A DNA stretch of 63,576 nucleotides, filler included, from Octopus bimaculoides (taxonomy: Eukaryota): assembly GCF_001194135.2 (NCBI RefSeq). It is 5 parts of 5 records of this genome, joined end to end, with 100 filler letters (N's around TTAATTAATTAA, not from the genome) between each part and the next. Parts side by side here need not be neighbours in the genome. Positions count along the whole stretch, not along the records: positions 1 to 30,821 come from NC_068990.1; 4 more parts are not named here. One strand, given 5' to 3'. The notes under the pieces were generated by a model. It made no database searches and was not told the origin of the DNA. It worked only from the letters and a program-made list of their open reading frames with translations. This document shows, one piece after another, positions 1 through 11,900 of this stretch. Positions within the stretch are counted from its first letter, which is position 1; each line of letters opens with the position of its first letter. Position numbers and translations under genes: made by a program.

Positions 1-479
1 ATATATATATATATATATATACACATACACACACACACATATCATTCTACCTATTTATGTAGGAATGTATTTGAGTGTATATGTGTGTGTGATCGTGCGC
101 GCGCGCATGTGTGTGTGTGTGTACGCTCTCTTTTTTGTCTCTTCATGAAACGTCTTCCACCACCTCATTTCTTCATTTCCCCACGTCTTCAATCCACACA
201 TCGATACACAATGTTTTTCTTTCTTTAATTGTGTTTTTGCCAATCTCTATATCATTCGCCCACTCTTTACACCTCTGTTTACAAATTTTGGCTGATGATG
301 ACTGCTTTCTTATCTCCATCCCTCTGACTCTTCCTGTCTTCCCCCTCTCCCTTTATCTTTCTCTGTCTCTATCTCTCTCTTCCCCCTTTCTCTCAGTATC
401 TCTCGTATTTTGTCAATACCTCACCTATTTATCTTAACCCACCTCTCTCTTACACCCTTTTTCTCGCTTCGTCTTTTTC

Positions 480-750
480 AGTACGGCCACTGCTTTTCTC
501 CCTCACCTTCATGTAGCATGACAGAAAGTCTTTGATAGTTTGAAACCATGACCCAGAATCTGACAAGTATTTGATATTTAGGGGACTGGAAGTAAAGAAT
601 ATCACATAAGCTGAAAATAGAAAGAACTAGTTCAGTGTCAAAGAGTAGCAAATATTTTCGCTGGTAAAAGTCTGTTTTGAATGGTTGAAGATCTCTAATA
701 AGCAATTGAGTCATAAAGTCTTTGACTAAATTGAAACAATGGAAACTCAT
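480..750 (-). pseudogene. possible hAT-family transposase remnant
   Basis: ORF 478-750 reads 'DFMTQLLIRDLQPFK...QSPKYQILVR', resembling the hAT motif I.KDLQPFS.VE..GF...L.P.Y.LPSR. Short and diverged. Confidence 0.4.
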
Positions 751-1305
751 ATCTATTCTCCATCGAAGAACAAAATTATTAGAATAACAGCTTCTCAGTT
801 AAACCTATTTCTTTAAAACAGGAAACCGATGTTTTTCTACTCTAAAGAATAACAATATTCTTCTCTTAATGAGTGATAATTTCCAAAATTGAAGCCTAGA
901 TATTTCTTTTAGAAAAATATCTGATAGTAATTTAAAATAAACTAATTAACCTCAGTAGGGAATGCATCCGATTAATAAACAAAAACGTCGACTGAAAATA
1001 AAACTGGGCTTATAACGATTGTGCTGGCACAATAATTTCCTTATGTAGCATCATGCACTAATTATACTTATTTATTATGTTACTAGATCAATTAATCCTA
1101 AGTCTTCTCTTAATTACATCCTTGTCTCGAAACTAGCTCTATGCAGCTTTGACTTAGACTCGAAGTAAGACGTTTCCTTAACCAAACAATTCTCCCATCA
1201 GAAAAAATCACACGTATGTACACACGCACAAACACTCACACATATACGCCTACAGACTGCCTAGAGTCACAAACTTTTCTACATGTTTGTATGTATGTGC
1301 ATATG

Positions 1306-1348
<43 letters not shown>

Positions 1349-2449
1349 NNNNNNNNNNNNNNNNNNNNNNNNNNNNNNNNNNNNNNNNNNNNNNNNNNNN
1401 NNNNNNNNNNNNNNNNNNNNNNNNNNNNNNNNNNNNNNNNNNNNNNNNNNNNNNNNNNNNNNNNNNNNNNNNNNNNNNNNNNNNNNNNNNNNNNNNNNNN
1501 NNNNNNNNNNNNNNNNNNNNNNNNNNNNNNNNNNNNNNNNNNNNNNNNNNNNNNNNNNNNNNNNNNNNNNNNNNNNNNNNNNNNNNNNNNNNNNNNNNNN
1601 NNNNNNNNNNNNNNNNNNNNNNNNNNNNNNNNNNNNNNNNNNNNNNNNNNNNNNNNNNNNNNNNNNNNNNNNNNNNNNNNNNNNNNNNNNNNNNNNNNNN
1701 NNNNNNNNNNNNNNNNNNNNNNNNNNNNNNNNNNNNNNNNNNNNNNNNNNNNNNNNNNNNNNNNNNNNNNNNNNNNNNNNNNNNNNNNNNNNNNNNNNNN
1801 NNNNNNNNNNNNNNNNNNNNNNNNNNNNNNNNNNNNNNNNNNNNNNNNNNNNNNNNNNNNNNNNNNNNNNNNNNNNNNNNNNNNNNNNNNNNNNNNNNNN
1901 NNNNNNNNNNNNNNNNNNNNNNNNNNNNNNNNNNNNNNNNNNNNNNNNNNNNNNNNNNNNNNNNNNNNNNNNNNNNNNNNNNNNNNNNNNNNNNNNNNNN
2001 NNNNNNNNNNNNNNNNNNNNNNNNNNNNNNNNNNNNNNNNNNNNNNNNNNNNNNNNNNNNNNNNNNNNNNNNNNNNNNNNNNNNNNNNNNNNNNNNNNNN
2101 NNNNNNNNNNNNNNNNNNNNNNNNNNNNNNNNNNNNNNNNNNNNNNNNNNNNNNNNNNNNNNNNNNNNNNNNNNNNNNNNNNNNNNNNNNNNNNNNNNNN
2201 NNNNNNNNNNNNNNNNNNNNNNNNNNNNNNNNNNNNNNNNNNNNNNNNNNNNNNNNNNNNNNNNNNNNNNNNNNNNNNNNNNNNNNNNNNNNNNNNNNNN
2301 NNNNNNNNNNTAGGACTAGATATCGTAATGAAAGGAAACAGTTGCATAATCAAGTACCTGCTCTCCTGAAGAACTACGTTGCGTGGAAACAGGTTTAGTG
2401 ATTAAAAAATAAATGCCCAACCGTATCCCTTCTTGTTGATACACACACA

Positions 2450-2507
<58 letters not shown>

Positions 2508-3576
2508 TACATACATACATACATACATACATACATACATACATGCGTGCACACACACTCTCCCTCACTCACATCGTCATACATTATGTGATTGTATGTG
2601 TGGAAGGCTGTATCAGAACAATATAAACCAAAGAACTTTTCCTTCAGAATAGAAAAACTTGTCTCTACATTCTTCAAAATATTCAATGTTTGATTCCAGC
2701 AACAACAAATACATCTCAGATGTCAACGAACGACTTCAATTTCTCTGATGAATATATATATATATATATACCCAGATATAGATATGGTATATACTCTTAA
2801 TAACGCAGTAGAGTGCAGTATAAAGCTCATCCACCTTCTGAAATTCTATGGCTTATGGGCCAAAATCTTAAAATATTCAGACACCTATTTTACAGAAAGA
2901 AATATTTTCTATAAAAATTGAAGAATTTGCTCAGGTCAGAAGAATGAGACAAAATAAACAAAAGAACTCTTCCTAAAATGGACATCTACAAGAAAAAAAC
3001 ATCCACAAAACAGATTGTGTTAAATAACCAATCTCTTGGTGCTTAAGAAGGCTTCTGAAAACAAAATGTCTGACGTTACTGAAATCTAGTAAAGAAACTC
3101 CTTGGTATCTGTGATGAAATGCTTGACTCACACAGATTGTATTTAAATCCATACTTGCCAACCACGTTAACACCTTCTTTGACGAAATATAAATGAAGTA
3201 TTATTCTCATTTCTAACTTCCTCACCTCTGTTATGAGATCATCTGCAATATTTCTCTCAACAAATAAGCTAGGATTTAGGAAGGTTATCTCAGTAAATAA
3301 TCTATATCACATCAACGCTGGTGAGATTTAAGTTCAAGAGAAAATTATTCTTGAACTTGGGATTCCTTCGAAGGATCTCTGCTGTAACATCACTCGACAG
3401 AGTGTATAGTCAGAGATCAGGGAGTCTTTCTTGGTCGAGTAGCTACTTCGCCGCATTGAGAGGTCACAGCTCTGGTACTCTGACATGTGGTTACTCTGAC
3501 AGTAAAGAATGTGTACTCTGACAGTGAAGAATCGTAAGACGGATTCTTCAAGCCAACCCAACCGACAGGAGAACTA

Positions 3577-3796
3577 CGTGGGGGTGCTGAAAAATTTCTG
3601 GCTTTACTGGTATCACGAAAGGTCTGGTTGTGGTTGGAGGCCTCACCTTCTGAGTATTTTTACAAGGCTTAGAAAAAAATGAAGGGCCGCAGCAATAAGT
3701 GCATGAATCTGAGAGAAGAATATGTTGAATAAAATCATAATTAACTGATCCTCCCGTATTTTTTTTAACCCAAAGCCAGGAACTTTTCAGCACCCC
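3577..3796 (+). mobile_element. mariner-derived MITE (internally deleted), copy 1
   Basis: TIRs GGGGTGCTGAAAAATTTCTGGCTTT / AAAGCCAGGAACTTTTCAGCACCCC with TA flanks. The interior encodes a mariner C-terminus (GLEK..KGRSNKCMNLREEYVE*). Homologous to 63292-63506. Confidence 0.8.
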
Positions 3797-3954
3797 TAAT
3801 AGTGTTCAATCAAGAACAAGATCGTTAGAAACGACCCATAATCTCATTTGGTCATGTTAGAGAAGCCAGCCGGAAAATGTTATGAACGTTGCTTCAGACA
3901 GGACCCAATGGAGGAGGTGTCAGAGGACTCTACCCTCATGACCCTCTCAAGAAG

Positions 3955-4055
3955 TTGGATGGATGGATGGATGGATGGATGGATGGATGGATGGATGGAT
4001 GGNNNNNNNNNNGATGGATGGATGGATGGATGGATGGATGGATGGATGGATGGAC
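3955..4055 (+). repeat. (GGAT)n microsatellite with small gap
   Basis: Direct reading. Confidence 0.95.
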
Positions 4056-4459
4056 GGGCGGAAACTCTGGGGGACTGAAAATTAAATGAGTTTTAACAGA
4101 ATAAGGCGTATGATCAATCATCTTCAAAAGAATTTGGTGATAATTGCCTGAAGAAATGGATTCTTAACCCAGGACGAAATTCCAGCTGAAACAATTCAAA
4201 ATTATTCTTAGAAATGATGTGAGTCCCCAAGTTTTCAAGACCTTGGTAAAACTGGAACTTATAGAGTGTATTTAGCAAACAGCACTGAATATATAGATTA
4301 GATCATCTTTAATCTAGGGATGTGGTGTTTAATAGATTTTAACTTGAAATATCTTCTAAATCTCTAATGATTGAAAAATAGATGCCAGTTGACAACCAGT
4401 GGTGAGGTAATTGAGAAAAATCAGAAAAATCAGAATTGTGGATTCTGGATTTGAATTAA

Positions 4460-4600
4460 AGCCGGCTGTGTGGTAAGAAACTTACTTCCCAACCACACGG
4501 TCCCAGTTTCAGTACCAACGCGTGGCACCTTGGACAAGTGTCTTCTACAATCGCCCCGGGACTTGTGAGAGGATCTGAAAGAAGGCCATCGTATATATAT
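4460..4600 (+). mobile_element. SINE family A, 5' part
   Basis: GGCTGTGTGGTAAG..CCAACCAC..GGCACCTTGGACAAGTGTCTTCTA, shared with the near full-length copy at 28467. Its (TA)n tract is interrupted by the mariner. Confidence 0.75.
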
Positions 4601-4611
4601 ATATATATATA

Positions 4612-5897
4612 TCAGGTCATTAAGAATGAAATGTCCGATTTTCTTATGCACCAAATTTGATTATCGCTAACTGTTTTATCTTGACAATTCTTGGTTTTAC
4701 AACATTGAAGAGTTACATCACCACTTTTCGAAATGAAATTAATGGTGTCTGATTATTTTGTGAGTTTTCTCTTGTAAGTCAATTTTTGTGAACCCATGAA
4801 TAGATAAAAAAATTCGTGTTGTTTATGAATATGAGTTTCGTCGTGGAACCATTGCATCCCAGAGAGTTCAAAACATCAATGGGGTGTTTGATGAAGATGT
4901 GGCGAATGAATGCACTGTACGTCGATGGTTTGAGAAGTTCCGGTCGGGTGACTTTACTCTTGAAAATTAGCCTTATGGTAGACCTGAGACCAAAGTGGAT
5001 AATGATGAGCTGGAAACTGTAGTGAAAGCGGATAGATCTCAAACTACGCGTGAGTTAGCAGCAAGGTTTGATGTTTCGATTCCACCTCTATTGGAAATCT
5101 GTAAGGGAAAGAAGCCGGACAAGTGGGTACCACACGAACTGAATGAGTATCAAATGACACGTGGTCTTGAAACTTGCTGTTCTTTGCTGTCGCGGAATAC
5201 AAGCGAACCATTTCTGCATTGTATTGTTACGTGTGATGAAAAATGGATTCTTTTCAACAATAGCAAGCGTTCTGCACGGTGGTTGGATGGAGACGAAGCG
5301 CCAAAACACAACCCAAAAAAGAATATTCACCGAAAAAAAGCAAATAGTGTCTGTTTGGTGGTCCAGCGCTGGTGTCATCCGCTACAGCTTCATGAAACCT
5401 GGTAAGTCAATTACAGAGGATGTATACAGCAACCAATTGGATGAAATGATGAGTGAAGTTGCAATTAAACAACCGAGATTGGCCAATAGAGACAGGCCAA
5501 TTCTCTTGCACGACAATGCACGACCACATGATGCACAAAAAACACTACTTAAGTTACAGGAACTGAACTTGGAAGTAGTCTTCCACAATATTCACCAAAC
5601 CTTGCATTAACTATCTCGTTTTCCAGGTATTAGATAACTTTTTGCAAGGAAGAAACTTCAAATCTGAAGATGCAAAAACAGCCTTTCGTGATTTCATCAC
5701 CTCCTACTCCCCAGAATTCTTTGCTGCTGGCACAAATAAGCTACTGATAAAATGTGTTGATAAACATACCAATACTAATAAAATTGTGTTGATAATTTAG
5801 GTGCATACTTTGATTAACTGAATTGTTTTTTTTTTGTTGAGATAAAGTAAAATAAACTTTCAGTTCAAAATCGGACATTTCATTCTTAATGACCTGA
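4612..5897 (+). mobile_element. full-length (about 1.29 kb) decayed mariner transposon
   Basis: 31-bp TIRs TCAGGTCATTAAGAATGAAATGTCCGATTTT (4612-4642) and reverse complement (5867-5897). Inserted in a TA run. Length typical of mariner. Confidence 0.95.
4796..5817 (+). pseudogene. mariner transposase pseudogene
   Basis: RRWFEKFRSGDF, WVPHEL, TCDEKW, HDNARPH, YSPNLA and terminal GAYFD*, spread across frames. In-frame stop near 4968 plus frameshifts. Confidence 0.95.
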
Positions 5898-6080
5898 TTT
5901 ACATAAGTAAAGAAATGACTAAGGAATAATCGATTATCTTATGAACTTCATTGGCTTACAGTTGTTCCCGCTATGGATGCGGCAGACTCATAGTAGAATG
6001 CCTGAGTAACATCTTATATCATTGTCATCTCGTTTCTTATTGCTGCTCTGTAACCGATTAACACTTTGTTGTAGAGAATT

Positions 6081-6412
6081 TGTAATAATGGTACACCCTT
6101 CTACGTGACGAGCGGAATGGCACAGTCACTACAAGTGAGGTGATGTCGGCCAGTATCTAGAGAGTACGTAGAGTACGGGAGTACGTGCAGACTGTGTTGA
6201 TAGTCGTGTCTGTGATGATATAGTAATTATACTGTGGTACTGAGAGGACGTAATAACTATCCAACCTTTTGAGGATAATAACACTGTACGACTGGGGATC
6301 GTACAGTGTCAGAAACATCGTATCGGCGACTTCGGAATATAACAATATCTGTCAGAACGACAACCGTCGTACAAAGACAGATACAACAGCGGCAAAAGAC
6401 CGCTTTATAACA
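6081..6412 (+). mobile_element. 5' LTR of a Ty3/gypsy retrotransposon
   Basis: Begins TG(TAAT), ends (ATAA)CA, is followed directly by a PBS, and has a diverged second copy at 7873-8090. Confidence 0.8.
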
Positions 6413-6413
6413 G

Positions 6414-6426
6414 TGGTGACGAGGAT
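6414..6426 (+). promoter_or_regulatory. primer binding site, complementary to the tRNA-Ser(GCT) 3' end
   Basis: TGGTGACGAGGAT, one mismatch from TGGCGACGAGGAT, 1 nt after the LTR end. Confidence 0.75.
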
Positions 6427-6599
6427 AAACCAATTTACGAAGAAGATTTCAACAACTCACGAGAAATTGATAAACTCGACGAGAATTAACCAACTCACGT
6501 GGAGTTGATAGAAACTCGTAGAGGAGTTAACAAACTTACAAAGTTTTTGTTGTGTAAATTTTATGAAAAATCGTAAAATTATCTAAGATTTGTTGGTAG

Positions 6600-7491
6600 G
6601 TTTGCTTGAGTTGCAAAAACAGCAATAACAACAGGTGAAAGAAGAACAACAACAGATACAACTGTAAGAGCAACAATAGAAGCAACAACAACAAACAAAT
6701 GCTGCAATTACTGAAGTCGTCAGGAAAGCCAGAAAAGGTGTTCTCGCCAGACGAATTCTCGCTTGCAAATTCAATAACTGAATTCAAATACGAACCTGAC
6801 GAAGGAGTTACCTTCGAAGCAAACTACAGAAGATATTACATACTACAGGACTACGAAATGAAAACTCACTTAATCTTGAGAAAACTGGCGCCAACAGAGC
6901 ATGAAAGATACAGTAATTTTGTATCCGTAAGAAAACCGTCTGACGTAAATTTTAATGACAATAGATATATTGTGTAAAAAATTTCCAACACACGGTGGAA
7001 GTGACTGAACATAGAATAAAATAGTAACGCGGACTACATCACATATGCTGGTAGAGTAAACAAGGAATGCGAAAAGTTTAAGCTTGACGAATTAACTCCA
7101 GATATGTTCAAATGCCTGATAATTACACAGGGACTAAATGCCGAAAAGGACGCAGAAGTCAGAACTAGAATTCTTACAAAACCAGAGCAGAACCTTGCAA
7201 AAAGTTTCTGAAGAATGTGAAAGGATACTCAAATTAAGACATGACAGAAGAAATTGAATGTAAAGATTGTTTCCAAGTGCAGGGTAGTCTGAAAAGGGAT
7301 AAACTGTTTTCTAAAAAACACGACAAACATCACGATATAAACCCATGTTTTGCATTTGGTGGTATGCACCTGAGGAAAAATTGTCCATTTAAAAAAGCAG
7401 AGTACTTTCGTCGTGGCAATATATGACATATAAAGACTCACTGTAGGACGAAGATGGTAAAACGACAGGAACAAGGAAAAAAATAAATAGT
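6600..7491 (+). pseudogene. Ty3/gypsy gag pseudogene with two degenerate CCHC knuckles
   Basis: Gln-rich N-terminus; SITEFKYEPDEGVTFEA.YRRY; LILRKLAPTEHERYSNFV; CFAFGGMHLRKNCPFKKAEYFRRGNI*HIKTHCR (CX2CX4HX4C decayed, twice). Confidence 0.85.
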
Positions 7492-7588
7492 TTGCCATCG
7501 AAAAAAAGAAAGGGTAATACTATTTATTTTTTTCCTTGTTCCTGTCGTTTTACCATCTTCGTCCTACAGTGAGTCTTTATATGTCATA

Positions 7589-7872
7589 GTTATATGTTCT
7601 ACTGCGAACATCTCACAAACGTTTTTTAAAATTCGCTTGACACAAATTACATTCCATTGTCAGTCATCTGGAATGCCAAATCTTGGCGTCTATATATCTA
7701 CACAAAGCGCTTATGGGCTTATCCCATAAACTGAATATCTTTATCTGCTCTGTGCCAAATAAATTAAATGAATGCTTTAAAACATATATCTTAGCCTTTT
7801 CCGTTTGACGCATTCACCGATAAATATAATTTTTTTCCGTGTGATACAATTTTTGTATTTTTAATTTTCACC
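7589..7872 (-). pseudogene. inverted, deleted gypsy pol remnant (post-protease segment plus integrase core)
   Basis: Minus strand reads NLFGTEQIKIFSLWDKPISALC, then RFGIPD..DNG.*FVSSEF..CEMFAVEHIT. Confidence 0.7.
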
Positions 7873-8090
7873 TGTATGTTGATAGTCGTGTCTGTGCTGA
7901 TATAGTAATTATACTGTGATACTGAATGGATGTTATAACGATCCAACCTTTTGAGGATAACACTACGAGTGGTGGTTATACAGTGTCAGATAGAACCATT
8001 CTATTGATGACTTTAGAATATAACAATATCTGTCAGAGTGACAACCATCGTCAAAAGACAGATATAACAGTGGCAAAAGATCGCTTTATA
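7873..8090 (+). mobile_element. partial second (3') LTR
   Basis: Collinear, diverged match to 6195-6412 (GTTGATAGTCGTGTCTGTG...GGCAAAAGAYCGCTTTATAA). Confidence 0.8.
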
Positions 8091-8099
8091 ATACACTTC

Positions 8100-8160
8100 A
8101 TTCAGAAGCATATGTATATTGAGTTCTACATCGGGTTGTTAGTATGGCAACGCCTTAGCA

Positions 8161-8198
<38 letters not shown>

Positions 8199-8420
8199 CT
8201 CTGTGTGTGTGTGTGTGTACGTGTGTGTGTGTGTGTTTCCCCTCACTGCTTGACAACCGGTAATGGTTTGTTCACGTCCCCGGCAAAAGGAGACCAATAG
8301 CATAAGTACCAGGCTTAAAGATAAGCACTAGAGTCGAGTTGTTTTCACTGAACTCTTCAAGCCGGTGCCCCAGTATGGCCACAGTGTAATGACTGAAGCA
8401 AGTAAAAGATAAAAGAATAA
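8100..8420 (+). mobile_element. SINE family A, 3' part with internal (GT)n
   Basis: GCTTGACAACCGG...ATGGCCACAG..TGACTGAAGCAAGTAAAAGATAAAAG tail. Confidence 0.7.
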
Positions 8421-9029
8421 AACGAAAATTTAAGAAGTTTGATTTTAAATTAAACAATTCATGAATTGCTAATTAAATTTTGGAAAATTATTGGAAATTG
8501 ATTAGAGCATAGATGTCGGTGAATGTAAAACGAAAAATGACCGGTTTGGTAGAAGTGGGGTGACTAACTGTTGACGGTTCGACATTAATTTATAAAACTG
8601 AAGTTCTTCGATAGGTTTGGAGATGAAAGGGGGTTTAAGGTGAATCTTCTCAAAGCAATTATCAGACCATAATATTTAGAAGTGAGGCCATTACCAATAA
8701 TCTATAAAACCATTAGTGATAACGAACTTAAGGAAAGTAATTAATGAAGTTTTTTTTTGTTTTTTTAAATAATTTTTTTCTTGGCGGGAACTAATGTGCT
8801 TGTTTTTAGTGGTTGTATGAAAGGTGAGTTGATAGATGTATCAGTGTGTGAAAGGATAAAAAGAGAGGGAATAATAATGAAATGACTTGTTCAGTTTTTT
8901 TATCCAGCTACAAATGCTGGATGATTATTTCATTCTGTTTTGGCAGGTAATATTCTATTCAATTGGATTTAAACTGGTTTCAGTCATTAGACTGCAGCCA
9001 TGCAAGGGCACCGACTTGAAGGGTTTAGT

Positions 9030-9075
9030 CCAGGCTTGGCCAACCTGAGACCCACGGGCCGCATGCGGCCCGTAG
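9030..9075 (+). mobile_element. hAT/Charlie-type terminal sequence
   Basis: CAGGCTTGGCCAACCTGAGACCCACGGGCCGCATGCGGCCCG resembles Charlie/MER20-type ends. Partner end not found. Confidence 0.5.
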
Positions 9076-9329
9076 ACTTTTATCTTCTGGCTAGCTTGAT
9101 ACTTTCCTGAAATGGGTTTATTTAAACAAACATTTAAAAAGTTTTATCAAAAATTAAAGATTGTAATGAAAAGTAAAAAAGATACTACTGTTTTCGCAAC
9201 GATAATATTTCATGCTGAATCAACGATCGTTCATTGTAATAATAGCATGAGAAAGCAAATTAACCCAATATTTATAGTTTTAAAGTATTGTATTTACTCT
9301 ATTGGTCGCTATTCAGACTGGAGACATAA

Positions 9330-9489
9330 AAAAACCAGCACCGGTTGTTGAGAGTTGGGGTGAGAAATACAAACATACGCACACATATACGCACACACAC
9401 ATGCACATAAACACACGTGCGCGCGCACTCTGTCTCTCACACATACACACACGCATGCACGCACGCACGTACACACACACGCACCTCAT

Positions 9490-9535
<46 letters not shown>

Positions 9536-9700
9536 TTGGATTGTGTGTGTGTGTGTGTGTGTGTGTTCGTCAGATTTCTATACAGTCTATCAAATTCGCA
9601 CAGAAAGCATTGGTAAGCCTGGTGTTTATAGCAGAAGACACATTCCCAAGGTACCGCGCAGTGAGACTGAACCCGAAACCATGTGATTGCAAAACGAGCT
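9330..9700 (-). mobile_element. SINE family A
   Basis: Reverse complement of the family A head and (GT/TA) middle. Confidence 0.7.
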
Positions 9701-10920
9701 CGTCCTACAATAAACTAAAACAACACTGCATTTATTTTAATCATCGCAGACATTTTCTAACAAATTTAGGAAATGGGTTCCTGTTTTAGGTCTCAGTTAT
9801 TTGAAATATCTTGGACTGTTCTTAAGACTTACTGGTGTAAAATCTGGCTGGCCTGAAGTAATAGTAGACTAGAGGAAAACACAAGGATAATGTAGTCCAA
9901 GATACATTATGCTAAATGTGATGTCAGAGTTGTGGTAATGTTGATTGAGTTGTATGCGCTTTGAATGCTGATAATTGTTGAGGTGGCTACCATATCGATA
10001 CCAGAGTTTAATTAGCCAGTTGAATAAAGCTTCGAAAGGTAAATGATCGAGGGTAATAAGAGACGTTTTATTTTTTGGTTAAGTATACTACGAGATGATT
10101 AGTGTTAGTCATGGCCGAAGTACCATCGATTGTTTAAATACGCTATTGTCCCAAACAAGGCTTGAGACTCCTGTAACGTAAGGGACTACAAGAAGGAAAA
10201 GAAGAGGCCTACAAATTCAAAAGAAGTGAATATCATAGATCAGATGAAAGCAAGATTGTGGTACAAAATACCAGAGAGCACCAGTTCGAAGGCAGAAGCT
10301 TTTAGAATAAAATGACAAACAGGAAGCTCAACCGAGACACGATAGGTCTTGGAAGAGAAGCGGGTGACACGTTTAATGTCTTGACAGAGGGTAGCTGACC
10401 AAAATGTTGATCAGAACAATGGATATACTTGATCAGTGCCGATCTAGGAGCCAAAAACCAACGGAGATAACAAGCAATAGATGCAGTAGGAACAAAAACA
10501 GCAATAGCAAAAACATCAGTAATTGTATTTGCTTTGTGTTTACGTGACTGATGTTTGTGATTGGAATGAGGGTAATGTGAGGGGCAGAAGAAATAAATAG
10601 GTACGAGTTGAATGTGCGTATGAAGTGAGTAGGATAGGTGGTGTTAGTGGGGCTGGATGGAAGAGTGGAGAACGGGTGTTATGCGAACAAAAGAGGAATG
10701 TAAAACTGAAGAGAGACCTCCAAGTGGTGGAAGAGTGTGTGGGTAGATAATGTAAGGGAAGAAGACAGAGGAGTAGGAGAAGTTGCCTTCTTAGAATGTA
10801 TCTTTCACCCTTCATAGTACACTCAGCGTTCCAAAAGTAATGAATGCGAACAACTAAACGATTTTGATAATTTCATTGTTATATATGTATATGTGTGTGT
10901 GTATGTATGTATATATATAC

Positions 10921-10955
<35 letters not shown>

Positions 10956-11726
10956 TGTATGCATGTATATATGCATATATATATNNNNNNNNNNNNNNNN
11001 NNNNNNNNNNNNNNNNNNNNNNNNNNNNNNNNNNNNNNNNNNNNNNNNNNNNNNNNNNNNNNNNNNNNNNNNNNNNNNNNNNNNNNNNNNNNNNNNNNNN
11101 NNNNNNNNNNNNNNNNNNNNNNNNNNNNNNNNNNNNNNNNNNNNNNNNNNNNNNNNNNNNNNNNNNNNNATATATATATGCACACACGCACACACACGCA
11201 CGCAATATACGCATATATACACATATACACACAGCATACGTGTGTTAGAATGTGCCTTTGTCGGCCAGCGTGGCTTCTTATAAAAATCGAGAGAAAGAGA
11301 AACACAGAGAAAGACAGAAATCGAAAGAGAGACCCAGATGAAGAGAGAGGCGGAAGAAAGAGAGAGGGAGGGAAAGAGGTATAGGGCCACATTTGTTAGC
11401 AGTGTGAATACTTGCACCATTGTACATGAAGTTTGTGCCTATTAAGCTTGTGCATATGTTTGTATGTGTATCTGTTTGTGTGTACGAGTGTGAGTGTTTG
11501 CGTGTTTGTGTCTATGTGTGTAAGTGTGTACATACATTACTCCATTTGTGATTTGTTATTGTCACTCTTGCCATCCCCCTCCCAACACTTCCGTTCTCTG
11601 ATTCCGTCCATCTTTCATGTTGTTAGGATCAAAGAGAACATTTGAGATGTTTGTCACAGACAGATACCACCTTGTCGGACAAAATAATACTTATGCCTTT
11701 ATGCGTGTGCATGCATGCGTGTGTGT

Positions 11727-11762
<36 letters not shown>

Positions 11763-11900
11763 ATACTATAACATATACGGGTGTTATTTTATAGCTACAC
11801 ACACGCAAACACATATATACACATACATATACACATACACATGCGCACACACATATATATATCTTTATACGGAAATATCTTGTTATATATATATATAATA

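Noticed and set aside
1160-1205. CTGATGG...GAAACGTC on the minus strand
   Set aside because: A9G core, with no stem I or stem II complementarity.
2640-3560. Non-repetitive-looking stretches (also 9780-10540, 29540-29990, 40600-41000, 57820-58300)
   Set aside because: No open frame with recognisable motifs. Possibly very old TE debris, but I cannot assign them without database searches.
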